Positions 14,421-27,070 of a DNA stretch of 64,000 nt are shown piece by piece. Each line of letters begins with the position of its first letter. Position 1 is the stretch's first letter. The notes below the pieces were generated by a model, which saw only the letters and a list, made by a program, of their open reading frames with translations, did not search any database and was not told the DNA's origin. A program made the position numbers and the translations under genes. The stretch is from Octopus vulgaris (taxonomy: Eukaryota): the NCBI GenBank assembly GCA_951406725.2, contig OX597825.1:9238001-9302000 (forward strand), written 5' to 3'.

Positions 14421-14976
14421 ATGATTGTAGTGTAATAAATGACTTCATAGAATCATGTAGCGCTCACGGAAAGCCCATCGAACGCACCTGGCTAGCAGAC
14501 AACATAGTAATCCTATACGGAGAAATATAATGCAGAGTTCTACACAGCTGACATCCATGAGGATTATATGAACCGTAGGATAATCAGGAGGTATGAGTGG
14601 TGAATATATTAAATGAACATGTTATCCTTAGGATTACAGCCGTTTCGCAGCCTTCACTATCTAATAGTTATTTTAGTGTATTACAAATTATTTTAGTGTC
14701 TGCGCTAATATGCATGGTATGCATTATACACTACAGTTTATATTTAAAAACCAGGGAATAAACTAATGATGATATAGCAGTGATTTGATTGTGGTTCTCT
14801 GAGGATGGGCTTGTTTATATGTATTGTTGCACCATATTAATACAGTATTGCGAGTAACATAAGTAATATTCACCAATTAACAACTGATAATGATATGTTG
14901 AAACAAATGTAGTCTGTTGAATCCAACTTTCCTTATAAAATTCATATATATAAAGTTTCGAGTATATTCTATCTTC

Positions 14977-15730
14977 GTCGTCAAGTATGAAATTTGCAGA
15001 AAGAAAACAGTTTGCTAATGTTTTATAAATACAAGGAATAGTTTTATTCATCAACGTATGCATCCATATTGTCAATACATTTTGCCATTGCAACAGTAGC
15101 TCGTCCAGCCCAGAGCTGTGAAAGCTTGGCAATCTAGAGTCAATAAAATCTTGGAAGGCCTGTTTTACAGCATCATTGGAATTAATTGTTTTCCTATCAA
15201 AATTTTATCCAAATTCTGGAAGAAGTGGTTGTCAATGGGAGCAAGATCAGGTGAGTATGGTGGATGATGGAGAACTTCCAACTCCAACTCCTGTAGTTTC
15301 ACCAATGTCATTTTGCGATGTGCGGTCTGGCGTTGTCTTGAAATAAAATAGGAGTCGGTCTGTTGACTAATCTATGCTGGGTTTTTTTTTTTGTAACTTT
15401 CTGCATCATTTGTTCTAGTTGGGTGCAATATACTTCGGCCGTGATTGATGAGCCAGGTTTAACGAAATCATAATGGATCACACATGCGCCAGACCGCCAG
15501 CTTCTTTTTATGAATTTTGGTTTTGGACTGTGTTTTGGTGGCTCATCTTTGTCCAATCACTGTGCTGAACGTTTAAGGTTGTTGTATTGGATCCATTTCT
15601 CATCACGTTACAATTAGATTCAAATATGATTCATTTTTGTGACGACAAAGTAGCATAATGCAGGTTTCCAAACGTTGCTGTGTTCCTGATTTTCATTGAA
15701 TTCATGTGGACGCGACTTATTCAACTTTTT
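14977..15730 (-). mobile_element. mariner (DD34D) transposase relic with right TIR
   Basis: Minus-strand fragments with frameshifts: IVT/DEKWIQYNN, PPKHSPKPK, VIHYDFVKPGSSITAEVYCTQL, ILFQDNARPH, PYSPDLAPIDNHFF. TIR-like GTCGTCAAGTATGAAATTTGC at about 14977-14997. Confidence 0.9.
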
Positions 15731-15740
15731 CCTTATTTTA

Positions 15741-16105
15741 TTTGTTTCAGCCATTTGACTGTGGCCATACTGGAGCATCACGTTGAAGGATTTTAATCGA
15801 ACAAATTGACCCCAGGACTTATTTTGTAAACCTAGTAATTATTTTATGGATCTCTTTGCCGAACCGCTATCTTGCTTGAACGCAAACACACCGACACCGG
15901 TTGTCAAGCGGCGACGGAATGGATTAACACAGACACAAATATATACATATGTACGACGGGCTTCTTTCAGCTTCCGTCTTCCAAATCCACTCACAAGACT
16001 TTGGTCGTCCCGAGGCTATAGTAGACGACACTTGCCCAAGGTGCCACGCAGTGAGACTCAACCATGTGGTTGGGAAGCTAGCTTCTTACTACACGGCCAC
16101 GCCTA
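15741..16105 (-). mobile_element. SINE family A copy truncating the mariner relic
   Basis: Reverse complement of family A (TTGTTTCAGCCATTTGACTG ... CTTGCCCAAGGTGCCACGCAG). Confidence 0.9.
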
Positions 16106-16556
16106 TTTTCAGAAATATATAATTGCAAATGCGTAAAAGGAATATAATAGCAGTGCAGAAAGAATCATCTTAAAACATTGAACTTAGAATTAAAAATTAA
16201 AGATCAAAAGCTGTAGATGAGAATAAAATAAGTTGACAAATAGAAAAATTCTACGCCAAATATAAACGAAAGGGAGAGAAACAAAAGCGATAATTGACAG
16301 AGATGCTAAATAAATAACAAAGAAAATTTAAAGAGAGAGAAAATGTAGAAGAGATAAATAAAGAAAGGAAAGAAAGGGAAATAGAAAGGGCAAGTGGAAA
16401 AGAAAGAAAATATAAAATATTTTGGTGTGGTATATATCGAATATTGTGTAATTGATAAATCACTGTTGTGGTTGGAAAGTTGTAGGTTTATGGTTCGGTA
16501 GAGAGAGCATAAAAGCACCATGTAGGAACGCTCTGAGGAAAGAATGAATGTAAAAG

Positions 16557-16559
<3 letters not shown>

Positions 16560-16609
<50 letters not shown>

Positions 16610-16854
16610 AAATGTATACATAAATGTAAATGGCATATGGATCTGTGCATGCACACAAAGACTCACGTGCACACAAACACACAGACACACATACACACAC
16701 TCCTCCATATAAACATTAATATTCATACATCTTGAAATTCTGGTAAAATAATGCACATATATCAAAATAACGCCAACACACGCACATGCGTCACCGCACA
16801 CACAGACACACACACACGCATATATATATATATGTGTGTATGTATGTATGTATG

Positions 16855-16890
<36 letters not shown>

Positions 16891-17358
16891 GGTAGGTTTT
16901 ATTGTTGTTGTTGTTCTTATATATGTACATATTCATACATACATGCATACAGAAGGCTACATATGAATATATTCACATATGCACTCGCATTCAAACATAA
17001 ATATGCACATAAAATATATACTCACATGCTCACAAAATAAGCATATACACTCGTGCGTATGGCGAAGTTCGTATGTATACATGCAAATTAAATATGAATA
17101 TCAAAAAAGCAATTGCTCAAAGAAGGAGATGGGTGAAATTCACAAATATAATTTTATAAAAAGAAAATTTATAAAAAAAAACTCAAGTCCTAAATATAGT
17201 GAAAAAAGAGATAAATGAAACACAAAAGAAAATTACACAAAATAAGATAAAATGAAATGAAATGAATGAAACTTGAAAGGCCATCAGCATTACCTAATAG
17301 TATGAAATGTTTTTTGATTGAAACCAAAATTTGTCAGGAGATGAATTTATATACGTGC

Positions 17359-17427
<69 letters not shown>

Positions 17428-17451
17428 GTTATATGTATATATACATATATG

Positions 17452-17497
<46 letters not shown>

Positions 17498-17940
17498 TAT
17501 GTATATATATATATATTATATATATATGTGTGTGTATATATATATGAATATATATATATATATATATACGCACACACACGCACAAAAAATCGCACATATA
17601 CCTCCCCACACAACGCCTCGTTCACAAACAAATGCACGCACACATACACTGACACGCACACACATATACACACACGCACACTCACTCACACACGCACACA
17701 CGCAAATGAACCCACAGAATTATACATACATATGACACACACGCACATACAAGCACATACACGTACACACACACAGAGTACATTGCATTTACTCCACAGA
17801 AACACCCCCTCACAACCTCACGCGTAAACATACCCACACGTGCACACACATACACACACACACATACATACACACACATACACGCAGGACACACAAATCA
17901 CACACACTACATAGACATACACGTAGACACACACACACTT
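16560..17940. repeat. Microsatellite-rich region, (TA)n and (CA)n
   Basis: Directly visible. Confidence 0.9.
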
Positions 17941-18304
17941 CAAACTACCAGTTAAACACCGTTCTACTGACCATTCTCCTACGCACATGTGTAAGTAGAC
18001 ACACAACAGACAACCACTCCTGCAAAAGTTCTTACTATAAGTTCTACCTACGACCTTAAGCGACACTATTCCAACCACACACATACATAAACAGAAACAA
18101 CCACATACACACACACACGTGCATAAACGTGCTATCATTACACACAAACACACGCATATATACACACATACCTCCTTCTCTTACACTCTACTGTTTTGAA
18201 AGAACTTTTTCTCCACCCATTTTCTTCCGGTCATTCAATATGTGACCGCGTGTGTATCGTTGGCGATTTTCTTTCTCCGTCTTCCCTTCTTTGGACTTTT
18301 TCTA

Positions 18305-18340
18305 TAATTCTGATGAAGAGCTCCGTTTGAAACGTGAAAT
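18305..18340 (+). ncRNA. Degenerate minimal type-I hammerhead motif in a pLTR-like repeat ending at (TA)n
   Basis: CTGATGA (18310-16), A, GAGC/GTTT stem II, GAAA (18329-32), CGT-G. Position 17 is G and stem I is weak, so probably inactive. Downstream sequence is related to the 26.2 kb copy. Confidence 0.55.
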
Positions 18341-18439
18341 CCTTCTACATTTTTCTTCCTTTCCTAAGCGTCCAATAACACTCTGCTTATTCCACGTCCT
18401 CACGTTGTTGTTTTCTCTTGCTTATTCATGTTTGGATTG

Positions 18440-18490
<51 letters not shown>

Positions 18491-18737
18491 CAGGCTGTAT
18501 CACAAGTCTCTAATTGGCCCGAAATGTCGCTTGTAAAATAATAGCACACTAAAGGGGCTCTAGACGATTAATCTTTCTGTAAGCCCACATGCTCAGTCCC
18601 TCAGTGTATGGCCTTGTGTTTTCAAAAAGGGTTTCATTCCATTATAATACCTGTGTTTATAAAGGTAGAAAATTTCCTAATCTGACAGAGTTTTGATCTT
18701 TATCACAAGTCTCGAATTGGCGGAAGAGACTTGTCCA

Positions 18738-19125
18738 GGCGGCGAGCTGGCAGAATCGTTAGCACGCCGGGCGAAATGCTTCGTCTGCCGCTACGTTCTG
18801 AGTTCAAATTCCGTCGAGGTCGACTTTGCCTTTCATCCTTTCGCGGTCGATTAAATAAGTACCAGTTACGCACTGGAATAGATATAATAGACTTAATCCA
18901 TTTGTCTGTCCTTGTTTGTCCTCTTTGTGTTTAGCCCCTTGTGAGTAGTAAAGAAATAGGTATTTCGTCTGTCTTTACGTTCTGAAATCAAATTCAGCCG
19001 AGGTCGACTTTGCCTTTCATCCTATCAGAATCGATAAATAATGTACCAGTTGCTTACTGGGGTCGATCTAATCGACTGGCTCCCTCCCTAAAAATGTCGG
19101 GCCTTATGCCTAGAGTAGAAAAGAA
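18738..19125 (+). mobile_element. SINE family B, dimeric (Meta/MESC-like central domain)
   Basis: GGCGGCGAGCTGGCAGAATCGTTAGC head and GAGTTCAAATTCC B box. The GCCTTTCATCCT...GATAAAT..GTACCAG module occurs twice. Confidence 0.9.
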
Positions 19126-19198
19126 GACACTCGTCAAGGTGCCATACAGTGGGACTGAAACCGGAACCATATGGCTAGGAAGCAAACTTCTAACCACC
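19124..19198 (-). mobile_element. SINE family A head fragment
   Basis: AGACACTCGTCAAGGTGCCATACAGTGGGACTGAAACCGGAACCAT is the reverse complement of the family A head. Confidence 0.8.
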
Positions 19199-19756
19199 CA
19201 TAAATTTTAATGACTTTTGTTTTGCCACTCTTTCTATCCTTTAAAAACAACATCCCTGTGAGTGACTCAGATCTGCCATATCTTCATTCTTGTTTTATGT
19301 ATCAGATTTGCCAAAGCGATATGATTTTAATTAGACCTGTCCTACTGCATAATAATGATAGTATATCAGTGACATTGTTGTCATCTCTTGCGGCAGATGT
19401 TGCTTCTATAGACCTGATCTTGCTGCTTCCCACTGTTTTCTTTTATTTGCATGGATACTCACCATCAACAAAATTCTTCGTTTCGCATTCGTCACCAGGC
19501 GTAGTAAAACAATCCTGTCAATACTGTTTAAGAAAAACGCGTCAGTTTCTAGCCTGTGTATAGCACTCCGTTCTCACATGTGACACCGTAAATGTCGCAG
19601 TGGGAAACGTATCGCAGATCACAGTGAGAAATATAGATGGCTCTTCTCATCTGAATAAAATTCTGGTTTACTTCTGATCGTTGTTGCATGTAACATGATA
19701 GATCTGTGTGTATGCGTACGTACACACACATACACTCGCTCACACACACACACTAT

Positions 19757-19787
<31 letters not shown>

Positions 19788-20457
19788 ATGTATGATGTAT
19801 GCTAATATGATTTCAATATGGAAGACATATATTTACTTGTATTACAACACATTTGTAGATATAACCTAAGCCACCGGATACAAATCAAAACATCATCTCC
19901 AATAAAACGTATCGCATTCATTGCAATGTGTCCGCGTATTTTATGCTTCTTTCTACATGTTTACGTTTTAAAACGTCGAATTAGCTCAAAACTCTGACAG
20001 ATTAGGAACATTTCTACCTTTGTAAATACGGATATTGTAATGGGATGAAACCCTTTTTGAAGACACAAGGCCGTGCACCAAGGGACTAAACATGTGTGTT
20101 TAAAGAAAGATTATTCGTCTCGCGTCCCCTTTGTATACTTCAATTTTACAAGCCACTTTTCATGATTTCCATACTTGATGTTCTTCAACTTTGATTTCGT
20201 TGCCTCGTGTGGTTCCCATCCCCAGAACGCCAACATTCAGATGCATTACAGATAGGAATACGCTTCCGTTTATTGATCTCTCTTTGATGATAATTTGACA
20301 CAACTCAATCATGAACAATGATGTACTTTTTTCTCTTTTTGCAGGTTTGTTTTTTTCCCTTCTAATGTGATAAATTCACGGTGGAGTTTCTGTATATATA
20401 TATACGAACCTATGTATACATATATGTGAGTATATATATGTGTGCATATATATGTGC

Positions 20458-20525
<68 letters not shown>

Positions 20526-20642
20526 ATGTATATTTTTCAGAAATACCAAAATACACAAGCATGTGTGAAGATCAAAACAAAACGTCATTTGGATACTCTA
20601 AATCAAGCATTATATATGTATATACATACATATATATACCTA

Positions 20643-20690
<48 letters not shown>

Positions 20691-20728
20691 TTATATACAC
20701 ATCTATTTACACAGAAATATATATAAAA

Positions 20729-20763
<35 letters not shown>

Positions 20764-21199
20764 GTAAAGCATATACATACACACACACATACACATATAT
20801 ATATACATACGTGTATATAAACATAGACAAACGTATCCTCACACACAACATTGTGTATGTATGTATGTATGGACGATGAATATATGTATGTGTCTCTATA
20901 CAATGGCGTAAATTTGTCAGTGTGAACATGCGCGTTTATTTTCTGTTGTATCTACGTTCATAAAAGGAATCCATTTATTTACCACAATAATTCCCAGCGT
21001 AATACTTTGAAAATAAAAGAACCATTAATAGTTCAAGAGAGGCAGTGGCTGGATATGTTGCACTGGGATTCAATATACGAAAGCCTCGCTGCGCTGCACA
21101 TTTCTAGAAAATATTCTACCCTACTCTCGCGAGCTCGTGCGCACAAAGTCAAAAACACATATGCACACACATATCTATCTATCTAGCTAGCTAGCTTGC

Positions 21200-21266
<67 letters not shown>

Positions 21267-21622
21267 GTATATACATATATATATATATATATGTATGTAT
21301 ATATATATTAATAATGCATGTATGTATATACCTATATTTAGATCGATAAATAGATAGCTATTTGTACATACATATGTTTATATATACGTATTAATATTTA
21401 CGCCTATATATTTGTGGTGTGTGTATGTATTCAGTGTATATATGTCTCTCTCTCTCTCTCTTAGGTTTTCCAACATACTCACACATCCATCTTTACTTAG
21501 ACTTTTATTTTGACTTTCAACAAGGATCAAATATATATGTATGTATAACCGAATAAATTTGTATCAAACGGTTGAACATAATTCTACGCTCGTGATAATG
21601 AGGGAATAGTAAAATGTAATGT

Positions 21623-21666
<44 letters not shown>

Positions 21667-21689
21667 ACACACAAATAATCTTTTATTTG

Positions 21690-22300
21690 TTATTTTCTTA
21701 TGCGTTTCAGTCGAAAACCTGTGACTATGCAGGGGCGCCACCAGAGTTATGACCTTTTCAATAGCCAATCCGTTGTGACTGGATATTGGCGAAAGAAGGA
21801 TTTCGATACTGCTGCCCTCTTTGGGGTTTCTTGCTACAATTCTATGGAAATCTTCAGACTACATTTTTACAGGCAAAACTTCTTTTTCTGCACTCTCCGT
21901 TTCATGGACGTGTTTGAGTTCACTTTCAGTCTCATGCAATATTTGTCTCAGATTGTTCGCTATACTTTCGTAGCCCTCATAGACCGTTCGAGATTTTTGT
22001 GGTTCGTTTCCTATAACTGGGAATTATGTTCTTCTGTCGGTTTCACATTCTCTCTGGAGCAAACTTTCTGCATATGTAATAATTGCTATAAAATGCTTTC
22101 GCTTTATGCCAAATCCTGCATAGAGAGACAAATAGACCAGCCTTGTTTCATGACTTCTGTCTGAATGCCCTCACAATCAGATTTACGAAAGGCTAGGCTG
22201 CAAGTGATATGTATTCGTAATTATTCTCATTTTCTACTCTTATTAGAAGTTTCAGTTGTAGGATTCCGACGCAGCAGTGAATAACTTACGTCAATGAGAG
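21690..22300 (-). mobile_element. Possible degraded Penelope-like element fragment with a U3-A8 hammerhead-like 3' motif
   Basis: Minus-strand peptide fragments ANNLRQIL and (frameshifted) ECRKRSFACKNV resemble the PLE NLxxIL plus Cys linker. They are followed by TTGAAAA-GGTC...GACT-GAAA-CGCATA. Confidence 0.3.
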
Positions 22301-23449
22301 CGTTTCTTGTGTTTTATACTCGGTTTGGTGTTCGGATTACAGTGCTACCGGATTTACATATAATGCAATCATGCATATAGATTTATAATCATTTATGTTT
22401 CAAGTGTATGTGTGTGTGTTTATATTTGTGTGAGCGGAAATATGTCATAAACGCAAGATGCACTTGATATCCTCTATCTCCTTTTATATCTTTGATATCC
22501 TATATCACCATTATATTTAATCGCATCCTCTGCAGTGGTTGTTTCCACTACAACTGAATTCTGAAACACAAAAGAATAGGTATTCAAGAGAACAGTTTAT
22601 TGCATTAAGCTTGCACACGCATAGCCGCACACACATACAAACAAACAAACATACACACACATATAAATGGTTAATTTCTGCAGATCTTCTGCTCACCATG
22701 TTCTACTTGATCCACCCAAGAATGTAGTAGAATACACGATCACATGTTGTTTGGAAGACATTAAGGTAATAAACTCGATATATTATGCCTTCTAGGTGAT
22801 CAAGTGTAACATTCAGCTGCATTGGTTCAATATTGGAAAGAATTATGTTAGATAAAAGTAAACGTGACTTAGAAGGAGAATTTGGAAAACAAAAAACAAA
22901 TTAGATTATTATGAAAATTCCTACTGTAAATATTGTAAAGTTGTTATTCAAGGTGTTTAGGTGTAATTATTATATTGTGTGTCAGTTTTCAAACTAACAA
23001 ATTTCGTATTCAAAAGACTTATCCTAATGACTATTTAAGTGTTCTCTTCGTATAACGCTTCAAGTAAACATTTCACAATTTAGCGAAAGTTATGCAATAT
23101 GGGTTTCACACATATCATATGCGTTTCTTTGCAGAGAAATTAACTGTTTTTTAGATTACATAAAACATGTGAGTAAAGAGCTACACAATTCGCTTCACAA
23201 CCACGTGTTATACATTTTTACTGTTTTACTTGTTTCAGTCATTTGACTGCGACCATGCTGAAGCACCGCCTTTAGTCGCGCAAATCGACCCCAGGACATT
23301 CTTTGTAAGCCTAGTACTTATTCTATCGGTTTCTTTTGCTGAACCGCTAAGTTATGGGGGCGTAAACACACCAGCATCGGTTGTCAAACTATGTTGGGGG
23401 TACAAATACAGACACACAAACATATATACACGCATACATACATATATAT

Positions 23450-23492
<43 letters not shown>

Positions 23493-23496
<4 letters not shown>

Positions 23497-24133
23497 CTAA
23501 TGTAGGATAACATTTTTTCGAAAAATAATTTTATTAATGGCCAGCATATTGAAAAATACGTTTAAAGGTTAAATTATAAACAACTTATAAAGAAGGGCAA
23601 GCGAAATATTTTCTAATTAGAAATGTTTTCGTTTACCCTTATTTATAAGTTGTTTATAATTTAACATTTAAAGGTACTTTTAATATGCTGGCCATTGATA
23701 AAAAATTTTTTTTGAAAAAATTTTATCCTACATTAGATATAAATTTAATAGTGTTCACTTCCGGACTCTCCCACTCTGTGAGTGCCTCAGTTTAAATCGC
23801 ACGTGTCTTGAAATGGGATGGAGTATTTCTATTTGGCATTTATTTGGGGTACTTAGTTGTGCTCGTGAGTTAGTGATTGCTTCTTCCATGGGTATGAGTA
23901 AGTATCTCATTTACTTCTTTGCCACATGTATCACTGACGAAGGGAGGGTTCTTTTTGAACTAACCCTGAAATCGGTCCGATATGGTAATAGTGGAATTTT
24001 TTAGAGATTTCTGTCGACCTTTTTTCGAGTGGCGAGCGTATTGGGAAAAAAATATATGGTAAATGGACAATATGTCCAATTTTCGGCATATTTGGCATTA
24101 GAAATTTTTTCGTTGGCGCTTATTTATAAGTTG

Positions 24134-24138
<5 letters not shown>
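23493..24138 (+). mobile_element. Non-autonomous Penelope-like pLTR / retrozyme-like element, family H1 (inverted plus partial tandem)
   Basis: Spacer-less palindrome 23493-23740. Direct repeat 23617-23658 / 24098-24138 (481-bp period). Internal hammerhead, (TA)n on both sides, homologue at 43084-43563. Confidence 0.8.
23929..23987 (+). ncRNA. Minimal type-I hammerhead ribozyme, intact core
   Basis: TATCA (stem I), CTGACGA (23934-40), AGGG..GTTC/GAAC..CCCT stem II, GAAA (23968-71), TCGGTCCGA, TA|TGGTA. Predicted cleavage after AUA at 23982. Confidence 0.8.
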
Positions 24139-24193
<55 letters not shown>

Positions 24194-24621
24194 TACGACG
24201 AGCTTCTTTCCGTTTCCGTCTACCAAATCCACTCACAAGTCTTTTGTCGGCCCGAGGCTATAGTAGAAGACACCTACCCATGGTGCCACGCAGTGGGACT
24301 GAACCCGGAACCATGTGGTTGGTAAACAAGCTACTTATCACACAGCCACTCCTGCACCTATATGCACAGGTTACTTGAACCATTTCACGTCTAACGCAGT
24401 CGCATGGGACCAAACCATATTCGTGAAAATTAAATGGAAGAACGTTGATGAATGCCGACCTACATGTAAGTAAATACATATATGTTTGTGCGTGCTTGTG
24501 CGCGTGTTTGTATGCGCGCGCGTGTGTGTGTATGTATTTGTGTGTGTGTGTGTATGTGTGTGTGTGTGTGTGTGTGCGGGTGCAGGCGTCAAGGGTATAC
24601 ACCATAGGTATACACCAAAAA

Positions 24622-24858
24622 GGCGGTGAGCTGGCAGAATCGTTAGCACGCCGGGCGAAATGCTTAGCGGGTATTTCGACTGTCGCTACATTGAGAGTTG
24701 AAATTCCGCCGAGGTCGACTTTGCCTTTCATCCTTTCGGGGTCGATTAAATAAGTACCAGTTGCGCACTGGGGCCGATATAATCGACTTAATCCGTGTGT
24801 ATGTCCTTGTTTGTCCTCTCTGTGTTTAGCCCCTTGTGGGTAGTAAAGAAATAGGTAT
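24622..24858 (+). mobile_element. SINE family B, first monomer
   Basis: Same head and body as 18738 and 51269. Confidence 0.9.
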
Positions 24859-25079
24859 AAACTATACCAACGAAATGACTCGTAATTGAAACTGGTTTCT
24901 TGGTGTTCAGAGCTAGTGTCAAAGACATTTCTAATCAATATCCTTGTCATTGTCCGTTTTCAAGTAATGCCCTATATTCATTGGTACGTCTTCCAATCAC
25001 ACATTGATTTTCCAATTCCGCAATGCTTCGAATAAGCCACAACACTCAATTATGTATGTACGTATCTCTGAGAACATAT

Positions 25080-25531
25080 AAGTGTGTGTGCTTGTCTGTG
25101 TGTCTGTGTGCGTACGTGTGTGTGTGCTTGTCTGTGTGTCTGTGTGCGTACGTGTGTGTGTGTGTTTGTGTGTGTGTGTGTATTGTGTGTATGTGTGTGT
25201 ATATTTATGTATGTGTCTGTGTGTATGCGTGTTGCGTGCGCGCGTGTGTTTAGAAGTGTAGGTTTCTGTGTATGTATATCTATCTATCTATCTCTCCTTC
25301 TCTCTCTCCCTCTCTCTCTCCCTCTCTCTCTCTCCCTCTCTCTCTCTCAGACAAACAGACAGACAGAGAGACAGAGAGACCGACAGACTGACGGATATAT
25401 AGATACATAGATAGGCAGACAGATAGACAGACAGATAGACAGACAGACATACAGACAGATAGGCAGACAGATAGACAGACAGACAGATAGGCAGACATAT
25501 AAACAGACAGACAGACAGATAGCTAGCTAGC

Positions 25532-25612
<81 letters not shown>
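25080..25612. repeat. Compound (TG)n/(CT)n/(CAGA)n/(TAGA)n microsatellite
   Basis: Directly visible. Confidence 0.95.
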
Positions 25613-25613
<1 letters not shown>

Positions 25614-26111
25614 TCAGCTGCTTGCAATGTGCCTGTTTTTCTACCAATATATTTTTATTGTGTAATGAATAGTATTATTAATGTGTAAATATGTAAGCAG
25701 GACTCACCTAATTTCTAAGAATGCACTTTTGGAAATTGGAATTCTATAAACAGGAATAATCTATAAAGTGGAAACCCAATTCTTCTGCCTTACATAAGAT
25801 AACCTTAGAAATATATGGTGAGCATCTTCATCCATATATGACGCTCATGCATTTCACTTTATTTCGTAAACAAATTTATTGAAAGATGGACACGTATATG
25901 CGTGTGTGAGCGCGTGAGCGCGCGTGTGTGTGTGTGTGTGTGAATTTGTGTGTGTGTATGTTTCAATGTGTGTGTGTAGATAGTCAGGTTTTGATATTAT
26001 TACATGAGTTGTTTCTTAAGCATACCATTGTTTAACAAACAGCTGAAATATATAGTATGTAAAAGTGCATGCACACATATATGCGTATATATAATATATA
26101 CATATATATAG

Positions 26112-26326
26112 AGAACGCCATGTTGAATCGTTAGCTCCTGCACGCATTTTTTTTCTCCCCTTGTTTCTCTCTTTGTTTCTTTTCTGTGTATCTTTCTGTC
26201 GAAGAGCGTAGGCTCGAAACGTAAAAAACTTGTTTTATTTCTATTCCTGAGCGCCATACTAATACAATTGTTTGTTTGTACTCCACCTGCCTTCGTCTTT
26301 TGTTTATTTTCGTAAACCTTCCCGTT
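26112..26326 (+). mobile_element. (TA)n-embedded pLTR-like repeat, family H4, with a variant hammerhead
   Basis: TCTTT, CTGTCGA (26196-202), A, GAGC GTAG GCTC, GAAA (26216-19), CGTA|AAA. Flanked by (TA)n on both sides. Confidence 0.7.
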
Positions 26327-26349
26327 ATATATATATATATATAGATAGG

Positions 26350-26435
<86 letters not shown>

Positions 26436-27070
26436 TGTGTATGTATGCATACATACATATATATACATACACATGTATGTAAGTATATTACGTGTATCTC
26501 TGTTTCCATCTCTGTATATAACACGAAATTTTATTGTGTGGAGGTGAACACGGAAACGAAATATGTCAGAGTAATATTTCACAACCCAGGCTCAAATTCC
26601 ACTAATTACATTATTTCCAATATATGACGTTCAAATGTAATATCAACTTACAAATTAATATTAACGATGCACTCTCTTTCTCTCCTTGCCCCCCCCTCTC
26701 TCTCTCTCTTAACTCAGAATACTAAGAGTTATAATTGAAGACCCAAATAGTTTTCCATTACATCAGCTTACTGTATTCCTTACATATTCAGTCAAAACAC
26801 CACCAGGAATTTTAAGCAAATCAATCAAAGAATTTCTCAAACATTAAAGTTTTAGTAACCAGCAGCTTGCTGTCTTACAGTTGGTCTCTGTAAATAATAG
26901 TGAATTGTAAAATTAACACATATTGTCATTTTGGATTTTTAGAACCAGCTGCAGGCAAGGTTTCGGAAAGGACAGAAAAGTTTTCTATTCCTTCTGAAAA
27001 CTTCATAAACACAAATGTTTCCATAGAGTTACATTTTAGAGCCTCGTATCATGAGGCGGATAATGTGGAA

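Larger units (their letters stand above)
18529..20153. repeat. Diverged ~168-bp inverted repeat pair (18529-18696 / 19986-20153)
   Basis: For example GGCCTTGTGTTTTCAAAAAGGGTTTCATTCCATTA versus the reverse complement of TAATGGGATGAAACCCTTTTTGAAGACACAAGGCC. Confidence 0.8.
23224..24360 (-). mobile_element. SINE family A split by an insertion into its internal (TA)n
   Basis: 3' half at 23224-23430 and 5' half at 24195-24360; the pLTR-like element 23493-24138 lies between (TA)n tracts. Confidence 0.9.

Noticed and set aside
22684-22765. AG...GT-bounded frame SSAHHVLLDPPKNVVEYTITCCLEDIK
   Set aside because: Weak polypyrimidine tract and no recognisable homology.
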